Source: Eledone cirrhosa (taxonomy: Eukaryota). From it: DNA of 64,000 nucleotides. The DNA lies in NCBI GenBank assembly GCA_964016885.1, contig OZ024740.1:334118001-334182000 (forward strand), in the 5' to 3' direction. A program made the position numbers and the translations under genes. The notes beneath the pieces were generated by a model. It ran no database searches and was not told the DNA's origin. It saw only the letters and a program-made list of their open reading frames with translations. Shown here piece after piece: positions 52,760 through 64,000 of this stretch (the first letter of the stretch is position 1; each line of letters opens with the position of its first letter).

Positions 52760-53545
52760 ATATTCTTTCTTCATCATTCCCAGTCCTCCCACGATCACTG
52801 GTATTGTAACGGCCTTGAGGAGCCACATTTCCTCAATTTCAATAGGAAGATCTTTATATTTTCGTAACTTGTCAAATTCTTTTGCCGTGATATTGTGATT
52901 GCAAGGGATGCTCATATCTATCAATAAACATACCTTGTTATGTTGATCTTTTACAATGAAGCCTTCACCCTTCGCCTTTAGCCCTGAACTACGTAGCCAC
53001 TGATGGGCATGCTTTTGGTCAAAATCAGCTTGTTAGCTACGGGACAAATATTTGCCAGGCAGAGGTTTCTGCTCCCAATTTGATGCTAATTGTCCCTGCC
53101 CTTTTGCTTTTGCCAGTGATTTTATGTGCCTAGCAGCATCACTTGCAACAGTTTCTTTAGTCTGTCCAGTCTGGGTATCAAGCATGAGATCAGTAGCATA
53201 TTTTTTGCTCTCCTTCAAGATAGAATGAAGATTTTTACTTCTCTCATGCTTTTCAACAAGTTTCAGCATACAGTGGTTAGTTGTTTCAAGGTATTTGGCC
53301 AGTCCAATGATGGTGGTCTTGTAAGCAAATTCAAATTGTATCAGGCCACGGCCTCATTGAGTTCTAGGCTTTAAAGACGATCCACATCTGCTTTTGAGTG
53401 GTGCATGCTATTACAGGTCAGTAGCTTACGGACTTTGGTGTCGATTCTTTTGATTTCCCTCATATTCCAGTTCAACACACCGAAGCTATAAGTGACAACT
53501 GGGACTGCCAAGGAAATGATGGCTAGCACCTTGTTACGAGCGTTT
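52760..53545 (-). mobile_element. Dong/R4-like family C fragment
   Basis: NARNKVLAIISLAVPVVTYSFG, DVDRL, WLRSSGLK, IDMSIP, KYKDL, VIVGGLG. Confidence 0.85.
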
Positions 53546-53555
53546 ATTATTATTA

Positions 53556-53660
53556 TTGTTTTTTTTCTCCTTACATTATTGTTTCTGAGATATATGCCGA
53601 GAGTTTTCCCGACACCTAGGGCAAATAAATTCACAGCGTTCCAGTTAATACAGCACATTG
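53556..53660 (-). mobile_element. Short 3'-terminal fragment of a non-LTR element between AAT tracts
   Basis: Near-duplicate of 52572-52685; AAT runs on both sides. Confidence 0.65.
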
Positions 53661-53680
53661 TTATTATTATTATTATTATT

Positions 53681-56600
53681 ACAGTTGCATTTATCTTGCT
53701 TTATGTGCATACGAGTTATCACCAAGTCACAACCAGTGACCTCATGAAACAACAAGGTCCGCCATGTTCAAGAAAGAACATACATACAGACTTATGCATC
53801 TCTAGGTGTTTAGACTGTTGTGATGTACTTATATTGACAGAATCTTCCTTAGTATATGGGCAGTTCCCAATTAGTACTATCTTTTATATTTCTCTTATAC
53901 GCGGATTTCCTGGGATTTGCGATAAGTAATCATTAGACCCCTTAGGTATCATTGCTAGAGCGCCTACAACCACTGGTATTGTTTTAGTTCTCAATTTCCA
54001 CATTTTTCCAATTTCTATCTCCAGGTCCTTATACTTGCTCAATTTTTCAAATGTTTTTATAGATACATTCTTGTCTATTGGAACGGACATATCAATTAGC
54101 AGGCATATCCTTCTTTTAAAGTCCTTCAGTATTATATCAGGTCTATTTGCATCTATTTTTCGGTCTGTTTGGATGCTAAAGATCCACAAGATTAAGATGT
54201 AATATTTTTCAAGTGTGGGAGGTGTTGATTCTCCCACCAATTCTTTTGATGGGGCAGGTCAAAATGCTTACACATTATCCAATGTATTGTACAGCTCTGT
54301 CATGCCTGTTTAGGTATTCGGTTGGAGCTATAGGACTGCACATTGAAATTATATGGTCAATGGTCTCTGGTTGTTTTTTTACATACACGGCATAATGGGT
54401 TGCATCCATTTTTTATTATGTTGGCTTGGAATTTTTTTGTTGGCAGACACTGATCTTGTGCTGATATAATCAGTCCTTCAGTCTCCGATTTCAGTCCAGA
54501 GGATGCCAACCACTGATGGGTTAAAGTTTTGTCAACATCAGGATTGTTAGCTCTTTCTGGGTATTTTCCATACAGAGGCTTTTCTTGCCATTTCTTAGCC
54601 AGTTTCTGTAGCATTTCTTTCTTTGCAGTCACTTTTATCTGCTTTGCTTTTTCTGTGTTTGTCATTTCAGCAGTAAATGGAACTTCTGAAATGTGTAGTT
54701 CATTACTGTATCTTTGTGCATCTTTTGTAATGAAGTATGATCTTTTGATGCTTTGGTGTTTCAAAACGAGTTTGATCATCCAATCATGTGATTCCCTTAG
54801 ATATGTAGATAATCCAATTGTTGCAGTTTTCAACGCAATATCTAACTTTATTAACCCACGTCCTCCTTCTTCCGTAGGGAGATATATTCTATCTATATCT
54901 GCCTGAGGGTGATGCATTCTGTGCCTGGTTAAGAATTTTCTAATTTTTGTATCGAGCCTACGGATCTCTGTGCTTGACCAGTTGATGACATTGTAACTGT
55001 TGGTTACTTCTGGTATGGCAAGCGTGTTTATGGCATCGATCCTATTCCTTGCATTCAATTCCGTTCTTAAGATTGTTCTTACTCTGCGGTAACATTCCTT
55101 CCTTATCATTTCCCTCATTGTCGATTGCTTGATTCAGTCTCCTTCACAAACACATAGATATATCAAGATTAATGTCTGAACTTTTCAGCAGCTTTCCTCT
55201 GGTGAACCTTGCTTTGACGCATTTATCTAGTCCAAACTCCATTTTAATGTCATCACTGAACGGCTCCACATGGATAATAGCCTTTGCAATTGTTCATCAT
55301 TTTTTTGCAAATAGTTTCAGGTCATCCATGTAGAACAAGTGATTAATGGTTTTGTCATAGACTTTACATCCATGTTTTGTTTCATTGAGCATTTTACTTA
55401 ATGGTATAATTGCGATGCAGAATAAAAGCGGTGATAAAGAGTCACCCGGAAAAATTCCACAATTAATATTAACTTCTCCAGCTTCCAGTGATTTTTTTTC
55501 ACTTTTCGAAAGGAGTGTCGTTTTCCATGTCTTCATACTGAATGACAGGAACCTCTTTACAACGGGATATATGTTAAAAATCTCTAAACATTTTTCAATC
55601 CAACTGTGTGGCAAACTATCGAATGCTTTTTTATAATCTATCCAAGCAATTGATAGATGTTTGTATCTATCATGACAATCTTCCAGTATCATTTTGTAAA
55701 CCAAAAGTTCATTCTTGCAGCCATATGAGCCTCGTTTACACCCAGTCTGCTCATTGGAAAATAGATCATTTGTTATCAGGTCGTCATATGTATATTCAGT
55801 TAGGACCGATGTTAAAATTGTATACATTGTGGTGAAGCAAGTTATCTTTCTGCTCAATGGGAAATAGGTCATTTGTTATCAGGTGGTCATATGTGTATTC
55901 AGTTAGGACTGATGTTAAAATTTTATACATTGTGGTCAAGCAAGTTATCCGTCTGTAATTTTTGGTATTGTTTGTCTCATCATTCTTCGGAAGCAGGAAT
56001 GTAATGCCGTTAACTAGCCATGATGGTATATTTTCTGGCTCCTTAACTATTTCATTGTAAAGTTGGGCTAACAGCTCATGAGACTATGTGAAGGCATTTA
56101 TCCAAAAAATTTGTATTTTGTCTTTTCCTGGGGATTTCAACGTGCTGGTTTTTCTAAGAGCCAAACGCAACTGTTCAACTGTTATATTTTCCCATATTTG
56201 TTCCTCAAGGTGAGCTGTATCTTTCATTTGTCTGTCTGTCCATGGGGCATGTATATTATGAACTTTTTCTTCGGCCCAGATCTTTTCCCATAATTCTTGC
56301 ATTTCCTCCTTGTGTGGTATTGATTTAGCAGTTATTGTTGACTTGCCAATTTTTCTGTAGAAGTTTCTTTGTTTGTTTTTGAACATATTATTGTCCTTAT
56401 AGAATCTAGATCGTTTTTCAAAGCGCCTTATACGAGCAGCTTTGGCCGACACTTTTTGCTTCATTTTTTCTATCAGCATGTCTATGTCACTTGTTGATTT
56501 TATACTGTATTTTCATTTCAATTTTCTAAGTTTAGTTTGTTTAACATGGTTCCTACTTTGTAGCTTGTTAACATTTCTATGTCAGATCGGAGAAGTTTTA

Positions 56601-57715
56601 TTTGGCGATTGATGTTCTGTAACCAAGTAGATTTCTTGTGGAAATTCCTTTGTCTTTTCATTTTCACTCCACATAAATGAGTTGTGACTTTAGCCGATGT
56701 ATAATAGAGATGATTTAAATCAGTAATGTTTAGTTTGTTTGTGATGATAATGTTTTTGAGAATTATCTTAGTCTTGTGCATTATCTTTTGGTTCTATTTG
56801 GAGTTCTGGATCTTAGGCAGAGTGTCTCATCCCCCCATGTCAGATTCTTTCATTTTCATCCATTCGATCATAATTTCATCCTTCAAGTTGGCAAGTTCAT
56901 TCTCATTCATTTTTTATCATTTACGATCTCATTGTTTTCATTCTGAGTTTCATCTTGAGCATGCACTGCCTCCACTATTTCGATCCTTTCTTTAATTTGT
57001 TCTGTTGTCAGTGATTCCGCCCCAAGCCCGGGATTCGAAGTGTTACAATTTACCTCGTTTTTACTGACACATGTTTCATTTTCCCTTCGCTGACTTTGTG
57101 CTAATAGCTTGATCTGATCAATTTCTATATCAGTTAGTAACTTTTTTTTTACAATATTTCTTCGTATATTGGCTAGTTTGTTACTGTCAATATAGCCTCT
57201 GTTTTCGGGATGTTTCTTTTGCAGTTGATATATGTTTGTTCTGTATTCGATCTATTTGATGGGTAGTACATGGCAGTGTAGAAAGCCTCAAGGACTTCTT
57301 TATTATCTTCCCTTGACCATGTATCTCTCTTTTTCTTTGGATTTCTTGGTGGTGAGCATGGAGGGTCAACAGTAGGAGTATTCCGGTTATGGGAGGTCTC
57401 CAGCTCCGAAGTGATGGGAAGGTTTGAACCATTAGCTGATATTTCGACCCCAGTCTGGTTCCTCTCTGAGAGACGCGGCCCTTTTCACCCGGGTGACGGC
57501 CGATCCAGTATGAGATTTTATCATTTGACATTTACTTTATTTTGTCGCGTTTTATCCTTAACCAAGGGGTAATCATTTCATGTAAACACTTCTAGGACGA
57601 GTGTCAACCAAGACTAGAGGGGTCGTTCTCCCCTAGAGACACGGCTATTCCCCGCCGGCCGCCATCCCGGTATTTCTTCGTCACGGTGGTTTATCTTTTT
57701 TGTTGTTTTTTAAAT
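53681..57715 (-). mobile_element. Dong/R4-like family B, near full-length, degraded
   Basis: KSPGKD, IDYKKAFD, GDSLSPLLF, HLFYMDD, CRVC, RPD...D, KYKDL in successive ORFs; (AAT)n tail at 53661-53680; local duplication near 55770-55950. Confidence 0.9.
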
Positions 57716-57790
57716 TGTTATTATCATGAGTGGTTCCTTAATGTGAGCATTGCGTGGCTTAAGAATGAAATTATTATTAATAATATATGT

Positions 57791-57980
57791 GGCGGTGGAT
57801 TGGCAGTATCGGTAGAGGGTCAGACGCCATGCTTTCCAGCATAGTTACGTCCCTTTACGATCTGAGCTCAAATCCCGCCGAGGTTGACTTTGCCTTTCAT
57901 CCTTACGGGGTCGATAAAATAAAGTACCAGTAATGCACTGGGTGATTGTTGGCCTTGTGCCTAAAGTAGAAACAATTATT
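57791..57980 (+). mobile_element. tRNA-derived SINE, apparently full-length
   Basis: GGCGGTGGATTGGCAGTATCGG head, B-box-like GCTCAAATC, core resembling the MetaSINE Meta domain (from memory), ATT tail. Confidence 0.88.
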
Positions 57981-57989
57981 AATAATATA

Positions 57990-58822
57990 CTTTTTGTTGA
58001 AGTTGCCTGTTATTGTTGTTGGCTATGTAGGTGGTGGTGCTGGGGCTTTTTCTATTGTTGGTGGGGAAGGGGGGAGCCAGCAGTCCACAGTCGATGACGT
58101 TTGACCGGGTCACTAAGTCAGTCTATTTATATCTTTGTTAACCTCTCCCTTGTCTAGTGATACCTCCACCTTCCCCTTTCTTAAGTTAACAGAAGGTAAT
58201 GGGGGAATAGTGGTGGTAGCAATGAAGGAGTGGTTGCGGCAGTGATGGGATAGTGGTAGCAATCATGGAGTGGTGGCGGTGGTGACTATAGTGATGGCGT
58301 TGTCGTTACTGATTTTTGTTGAATAGACTGTAGTGGTATGCGTTTGATTGATATGTGTATCTATGCGGTTTGTCGCGTATGTTGACATATTTTCTTAATA
58401 TTTGAATTAAACATTGAGATACAATTAAACTTGAGATAAAATAATAGTAATTATTATTATTATGCTGGGATTGGTGGTGGTGGTGGTGGTGAAATTGCCG
58501 TTATCTGGCTGTTATATTTAATGTGCACAGAGGGGTGATGGGATAGGTGGTGTATCCAGTTTGTGGTGTTGGTGAAATTGTTGTTATTTGGCTGTTCTAT
58601 ATAGTGTGGTCTGAGGGAGTTTTCTTCCATTTATAACCATTTTCTTTTTTTAATATAAAATGTATAATACAAAATTGAATATTTGAGCGATATAACAGGA
58701 TATTATGGATCCGAATTTCCTGAGATCCAAGTCTGGCGCTTTATGTACTATTTGTACTACGAATTGTTATATGACAATAGTTTTAAATATGTTAAAAATT
58801 AAAAACTTACGGGAGCGATTCC

Positions 58823-58823
<1 letters not shown>
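57990..58823 (-). mobile_element. Orphan family-A-type leader (no family A ORF)
   Basis: (AAT)n-cggaatcgctccc|GTAAGT (donor 58810); one copy of the unit triplicated at 40143-41110; TATAAATAG...TGACCCGGTCA. Confidence 0.8.
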
Positions 58824-58876
<53 letters not shown>

Positions 58877-58879
<3 letters not shown>

Positions 58880-58953
58880 TGTACCATCTTGTATTGTCAT
58901 GTACTGTCCTTAATGTCTAATTTGTGTAAACCCTTGTGGTTAATAAAGAAAGC
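58877..58953 (+). mobile_element. Tx1/L1-like copy T3, terminal ~77 bp only
   Basis: Matches the 3' end of T1/T2 (ccttgtggttAATAAAgaaa); (ATT)n on both sides. Confidence 0.88.
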
Positions 58954-58977
58954 ATTATTATTATTATTATTATTATT

Positions 58978-61900
58978 GTTCTTTGAGTATGTCATTCATG
59001 TTAGTTAACTGGAAAGTTTGTTGAAATGAATATCAAGCCACTACCTGCAGCCTCAGATATTCAGGACATATCGGAGGGTTCTTGCTGTTCCCAGCAAGCA
59101 TGCCTTTTGTAGTGTTCCAAAAAGCGGGGCGCGGCCAATTTTCTTTAACCATCCCTGGAAACTTTTTGAGATAGTACCTAGTGCGGCTATGACAATCGGG
59201 ACCACTTTGACTTCATGGCAGTTCCAAATCCTTTTTACCTCCCACTTTAAGTCCTCTCCTTCTCTTGCACTTTGGTGTCGAATGGGCAGGCCACATCCAC
59301 AATCAGGCACGATCTTTTTTCCTTGTCCAAAAATACCAGGTCAGGCCTATTGTGTTCCAGTTTCTTGTCCGTCTGTATCCTAAAATCCCACAGCACCTTC
59401 ACCTGATTTGTTTTCTATCACCGACTCTGGCTTATGCACATAACACTTCTCAGAATGTGGTAAATTGTTTACTTTGCATAGGTGCCAGTGGATCACCCTG
59501 CCCATCACATCATGTCTCTAGCCTTTATAGTGAGTATGGGCTAGGTATTTACACTCGGATACAATGTGAGCCACAGTCTCCTCTCTCTCTCTCCACAGAT
59601 CCTGCACAGTGGGCTAGCCTCCTCCTTGTAAATATGGTGTTTCAAACCACTTCGTTTTGAGGGCCTGCTCTTGCGCAGCCATTAGCATTCCTACTGTAGC
59701 CGTTTTAAGGTCTCCTCTTTTCAACCAGTTCCATGTCTGTGGATCTCTGAATTCAGTTTTCTCAAAGAAGGTACTATGAAGGGATTTTTCATGAAGGCTG
59801 CGCTTTCTCCTTGTTGCTATTTCCTCCTTGGACATCCCCTGGACTATTGTCCTCTCGTTCAGTACAATTCTGAGCATTGGCTCCTTACTATCAGTCACGT
59901 ATTTGTGTATGTTGTTTTTCTCTATCTGAACACAGTCCTCTATGCTGATAAGACCTCTTCCCCCTTCAGATCTCCTTAAGTAGAGTCTATCGACATCACT
60001 CCTCTTGTGGAACATGTTGTAGATAGTCAATAGCTTCCTAGTCTTCCTATCCATTTATTTTTGTTCAGCAACATTCCATCTCAGAATTCCCGCACTGTAC
60101 CTAATAATAGACACAGCTCGGGAATTTACTGCACTTATGGCATTCCTACTGTTCAGATGTGACTTTAATACGCTCCTTACTCTCCGAATGTATTCAGATC
60201 TTATCAATTCCTTCATTTTTTTGTTCTTGATGTCATCAGCCTCCAGAAAGCCAAAATACATGTATACTTCTTCAGTGTCAATTTCCTTTATCATCTCCTC
60301 TGTTGGTACCTGGATTCCGTTGCTTCTGCTCAATTTACCCCTCTTCATCACAAGCACTCCACACTTACTAATACCAAATTGCATACATATATCATTGCTG
60401 AAAATACGGACAGTGTCAAAGAGCACATCCAACTCCTTCTCACTCTTCCCGAAGAGCTTAAGATCGTCCATGAAGAGGAGGTGATTGATGGTAAGCTCTC
60501 CCTTTCCCAACTTGTATCCTGCTCTCACTTTTCGCAGTACACTGGTCAGGGGCATCAGGGCAAGGACAAACAACAGAGGGGACAGACTATCTCCCTGGAA
60601 GATACCTCTCTTGATCTTCACCCTTCCAAAGGATTCTCCGGCTGGTGTTAACTCTCTTTTCCAGGACTTCATACTTTTGCCCAACAACTGTCTGATGTTA
60701 TCTGCCACCTTGAAGATCTCTAGGCTTTTGGTGATCCAAGAATGAGGCACCATGTCAAATGCCTTTTTGTATTCTATCCATCCCATGGCAAGACCTGTGT
60801 GTCTCCTCTTGCAATTCCTCATTACCATCTTATCAATAAGTAACTGGTCCTTTGTACCACGGGATTTCTTTCGGTATCCTTTCTGTTCATCCGGTAACAA
60901 GTTGTTTGTGTGGAGGTGATGGTAGATTTCCTCAGACATAATGCTTGTTAACAGTTTCCACATTACGGACAGACATGTGATAGGTCTATAGTTGGTAACA
61001 TCATTATCCTTGATTCGGTCTTTCATTACCAGAACTGTGGTACCTTTTGTCAACCAGTCTGGTACCTCACCTGACATCAAGCAGTCATTGAACATGGTTG
61101 TCAGCTTCGGGTGGAGGGATGTTATATTTTTAATCCAATACCCCTGCACACCATCTGGGCCTGGTGATTTCCAGTTGGTTAGTTTTTTGGCCTGCCCCTT
61201 AAGAGTTTCAACTGTGATATTCAAATCAGTTTGTTGGTGTGCCTGTTCACTAATCTCCTTTTTTACTGTCTCAATCCACACTGCCTGGTCATTATGTTTA
61301 ACATCCTGCGCCCATATTCCTCTCCAGAATGTCTTAGTTTGTTTCGCATCAGGGATCTAGTCGTTGCCTCTTTCTTTCTCATCAATCTGTCCAAACAGCA
61401 TCTTCTGGTTGTTGTCAAACATGCGGTTCTGTCTATACTGACTGACTCTGCTCTCGTATCGCCTAATGTTTGCACTCTTTTCTACAATGCGTTGCTTCAG
61501 CTCCTCTATGGTAATATTTCGCTTTTTCCTCCTAGTATTGTACATTATTTCCACTCTATTTTTAGTGTCTATGTTTTTTAGTGTCCCATTCAGTAGGGAC
61601 TCAAGCTTTCCAATGTCATTTCTCACTTCCCTGATTTGACCATTCAGTCTCTTCTTCCACCAAGGTTCTGATCTTTCTTGTTTGTTGTTTCCTCTCGCTT
61701 TTATGGCAAGTAATTTCTTCACCGCATTTGCTGTTGCTTCGAGGATATTGTTGCACTGGTGAAGGCTCCTCGCCTCAAGGTATGGGATGACTTTGTTTAC
61801 CTTAGCTGTTGTTTCTTTTAACTTTTTCCTGTCTACAAATCTTAGGTTCATAGGTTTCCCACTATCATTGTTCAATTCATCTACCACTAAGTTTAGGATG

Positions 61901-63355
61901 TCAACCAAATCTTGTCCTAGTCCGTCAGCATTCATCTCCTCAATGGCCGTATCTTTGTTCCAGGTATTATTTATTTCAGCATTCAGATCATTATCTGCTT
62001 CGGATTCTTCCTCCGTTCTCTCAACCTCTTCACCTTCATTTCCCACTGGCTCGTTTGCCTGGCATACTCCACTCTCCATTTCCAACCTAATCTCTCTGAT
62101 CAGTTCCTCCAGTTCCAGCTCACTTATCCACCCATTAGTTCTTATTACCCGAGCCTGCCCGGCCAATTTTTGTTCATCTAATTTAAATAGGCCAATCTCG
62201 TTCCAGATGTTATGCATCCGTTTCCTATAGCCTTTTTCCTCGGGGTTACTCTTCAGGTAACATTGCATAACAGTTCTATTCAATTCTTTCGTCCAGTTGG
62301 TTCTGGTCCCTTTCCTTCTTCTTCCGACACCAGCAGTATTTTTTGAGACAGCCAGGTCCCTGCTGCTGAGCCAGGGAGCACCTGCTGGGTGAGAGTCTGT
62401 CACAAGACATTCCAGTTTCCACTTCACCGTTATTCGAACTCTTTAGGTTCGACATTTGAACACTCTTATCGAGGATTGGTGAATGTATGGTTACATAACC
62501 ACCGGTGATTTCTTCGCCCCCGATGATTTTAGTATGGCACTATCACGCTGTAGGCGAACATAAATAAACAAACAAACAAATAGGTAAAAAAAAAAAAGAA
62601 TCAGCATAAGTTTCATTGTAATGTAATGTTTGAATGTTTTTTTTTTCCTTCTCTGTCTGTTTATTTTTCTTTTCCTTTTTCTTTTCTTTACGTTTTTCGT
62701 TGTTGTTGTGCGGTTTTGACTTTGATTTTTGTTTTTTTGATTTTTTTGACCGGGTCATCAAATCAGTCTATTTATATCTTTTTATGCTTTCCTCTTTTAG
62801 TGGGGACACTACGAGGCATGTCTTAGCAGGAGGTAGTGGGAGAGAATAGCGGCGGTAGCGATAATGAGGCAGTGGGTGGTGGTGGTGGTGGTGGTGGTGG
62901 TGCTGTGCTAGTAGTACTTAGCAGGAGGTAGTGGGAGAGAATAGCGGCGGTAGCGATAATGAGGGAGTGGTGGTGGTGATCTGATCGTAGTACTGTAGTG
63001 ATGGTGTTAAAGTTGAAATAGAAATAGAAGTTGAGGCAACTTGACCAGAGTTTTTGGCGTGGTAGTGGTGATGGTGGCGGTTGTGGTGTTGGCGGTGATT
63101 TTATTTGCCTGTCTGTCCACTAGCCATTTAGCCATTTTGCCATTTTCCTCTTTTTCGAATATAACATTTCTGATCCAAAATTAAATATTAAATATTGGGG
63201 CCCTATGCCGTAAAGTGATGCGTTATGGCTTGCTGAGCGTAAATAATGCAATCTTATAGAATTATTCTATCACAGTTGTTTTAAATAAGTAAAAATCAAA
63301 AACTTACGGGAGCGATTCCATAACGATATATATCCACCATGTGCGTTTTCTTATC

Positions 63356-63357
<2 letters not shown>
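58978..63357 (-). mobile_element. Dong/R4-like family A copy 7 with leader, full-length, several stops and frameshifts
   Basis: ORFs 62427-61357, 61281-60055, 60054-59614, 59310-59053; AAT tracts at both ends. Confidence 0.92.
62548..63307 (-). other. Putative spliceosomal intron in the leader of copy 7
   Basis: CCC|GTAAGT at 63307; branch-like CTGAT (62604-62600), T12 tract, CCTACAG| ending at 62548. Confidence 0.6.
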
Positions 63358-63396
<39 letters not shown>

Positions 63397-64000
63397 GGCG
63401 ACGTAAGTAGTAAATCGTATCATCGTGACTTCCGCAAAGGTTTGTTATTTTCAGTTATTTAAAATTGCCATTTATGGAAATTTTTTTATTGTTAACTGTA
63501 TATAACTGCACATACATTGATTTCTGAAAAGGACAGTCAAAAATATTGGGACCTTGAGCCCAAAATTTAAACTTTTTATAATTATCAAACAAAAAATTTT
63601 CTTTGAAAAATAATGGATGACTCAGATTCACTCCTTCCTCACAATCCAACACCTCACACCGACACCACCATTGTAAACATTGCTACGTTTGCCAACACTT
63701 GAATTGTAAGAGTAGCAATATTTTAAATTTGTCTCAGGCAGACGTTCATTTCACGCCATTACCAATGACTGCAGGTGTTAAAGCCGCCACCACCACCACC
63801 GCGACACCCCCCCCCCCACCACAGCGACAACAGAAACAAAAGAGAAAAATTAATTAACTCGTGATATCGAAATGAATTCAACCAAAATGAACTCTTCCAC
63901 ACCGAACACCACTGACGCCACCACCACCGCAACTGAAACTAAAATTAACAATAGCAAAAATAACGAAAACAACAACAGCAACAATGAAATTAAGAAAACT
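63397..64000 (+). other. Diverged leader-like sequence running off the window
   Basis: Patchy similarity to 40021-40140 (tatttaaa, ttgagcccaaaa) followed by CAC-rich then A-rich tracts in the same order. Confidence 0.4.

Noticed and set aside
57791-57880. tRNA gene
   Set aside because: A and B boxes belong to a SINE head; no cloverleaf, and the body continues into a repeated core and tail

Overview
AT-rich, microsatellite-laden animal genomic DNA with no recognisable host gene. The SINE family and repeat landscape suggest a cephalopod such as Octopus, which is an inference. The left part (1-26 kb) holds degraded Penelope-like retroelements (RT plus C-terminal GIY-YIG, probably Nematis-type) inserted in (TA)n tracts, with hammerhead ribozyme motifs and several inverted or hairpin arrangements, including a 2.2-kb inverted duplication. 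The right part (26.4-64 kb) is an almost continuous stack of non-LTR retrotransposons built on (AAT/ATT)n microsatellites: at least seven copies of one Dong/R4-like RLE family (one nearly intact), two or three other Dong/R4-like families, a Tx1/L1-like APE family that occupies the same microsatellite on the opposite strand, and tRNA-derived SINEs with (ATT)n tails. The most unusual signal is a 0.9-1.7 kb leader in front of the Dong/R4-like ORF that has the anatomy of a short exon plus a spliceosomal intron (GTAAGT donor in five copies, T-rich tract plus TACAG acceptor in three). All alignments and folds were done by eye, so boundaries are approximate.
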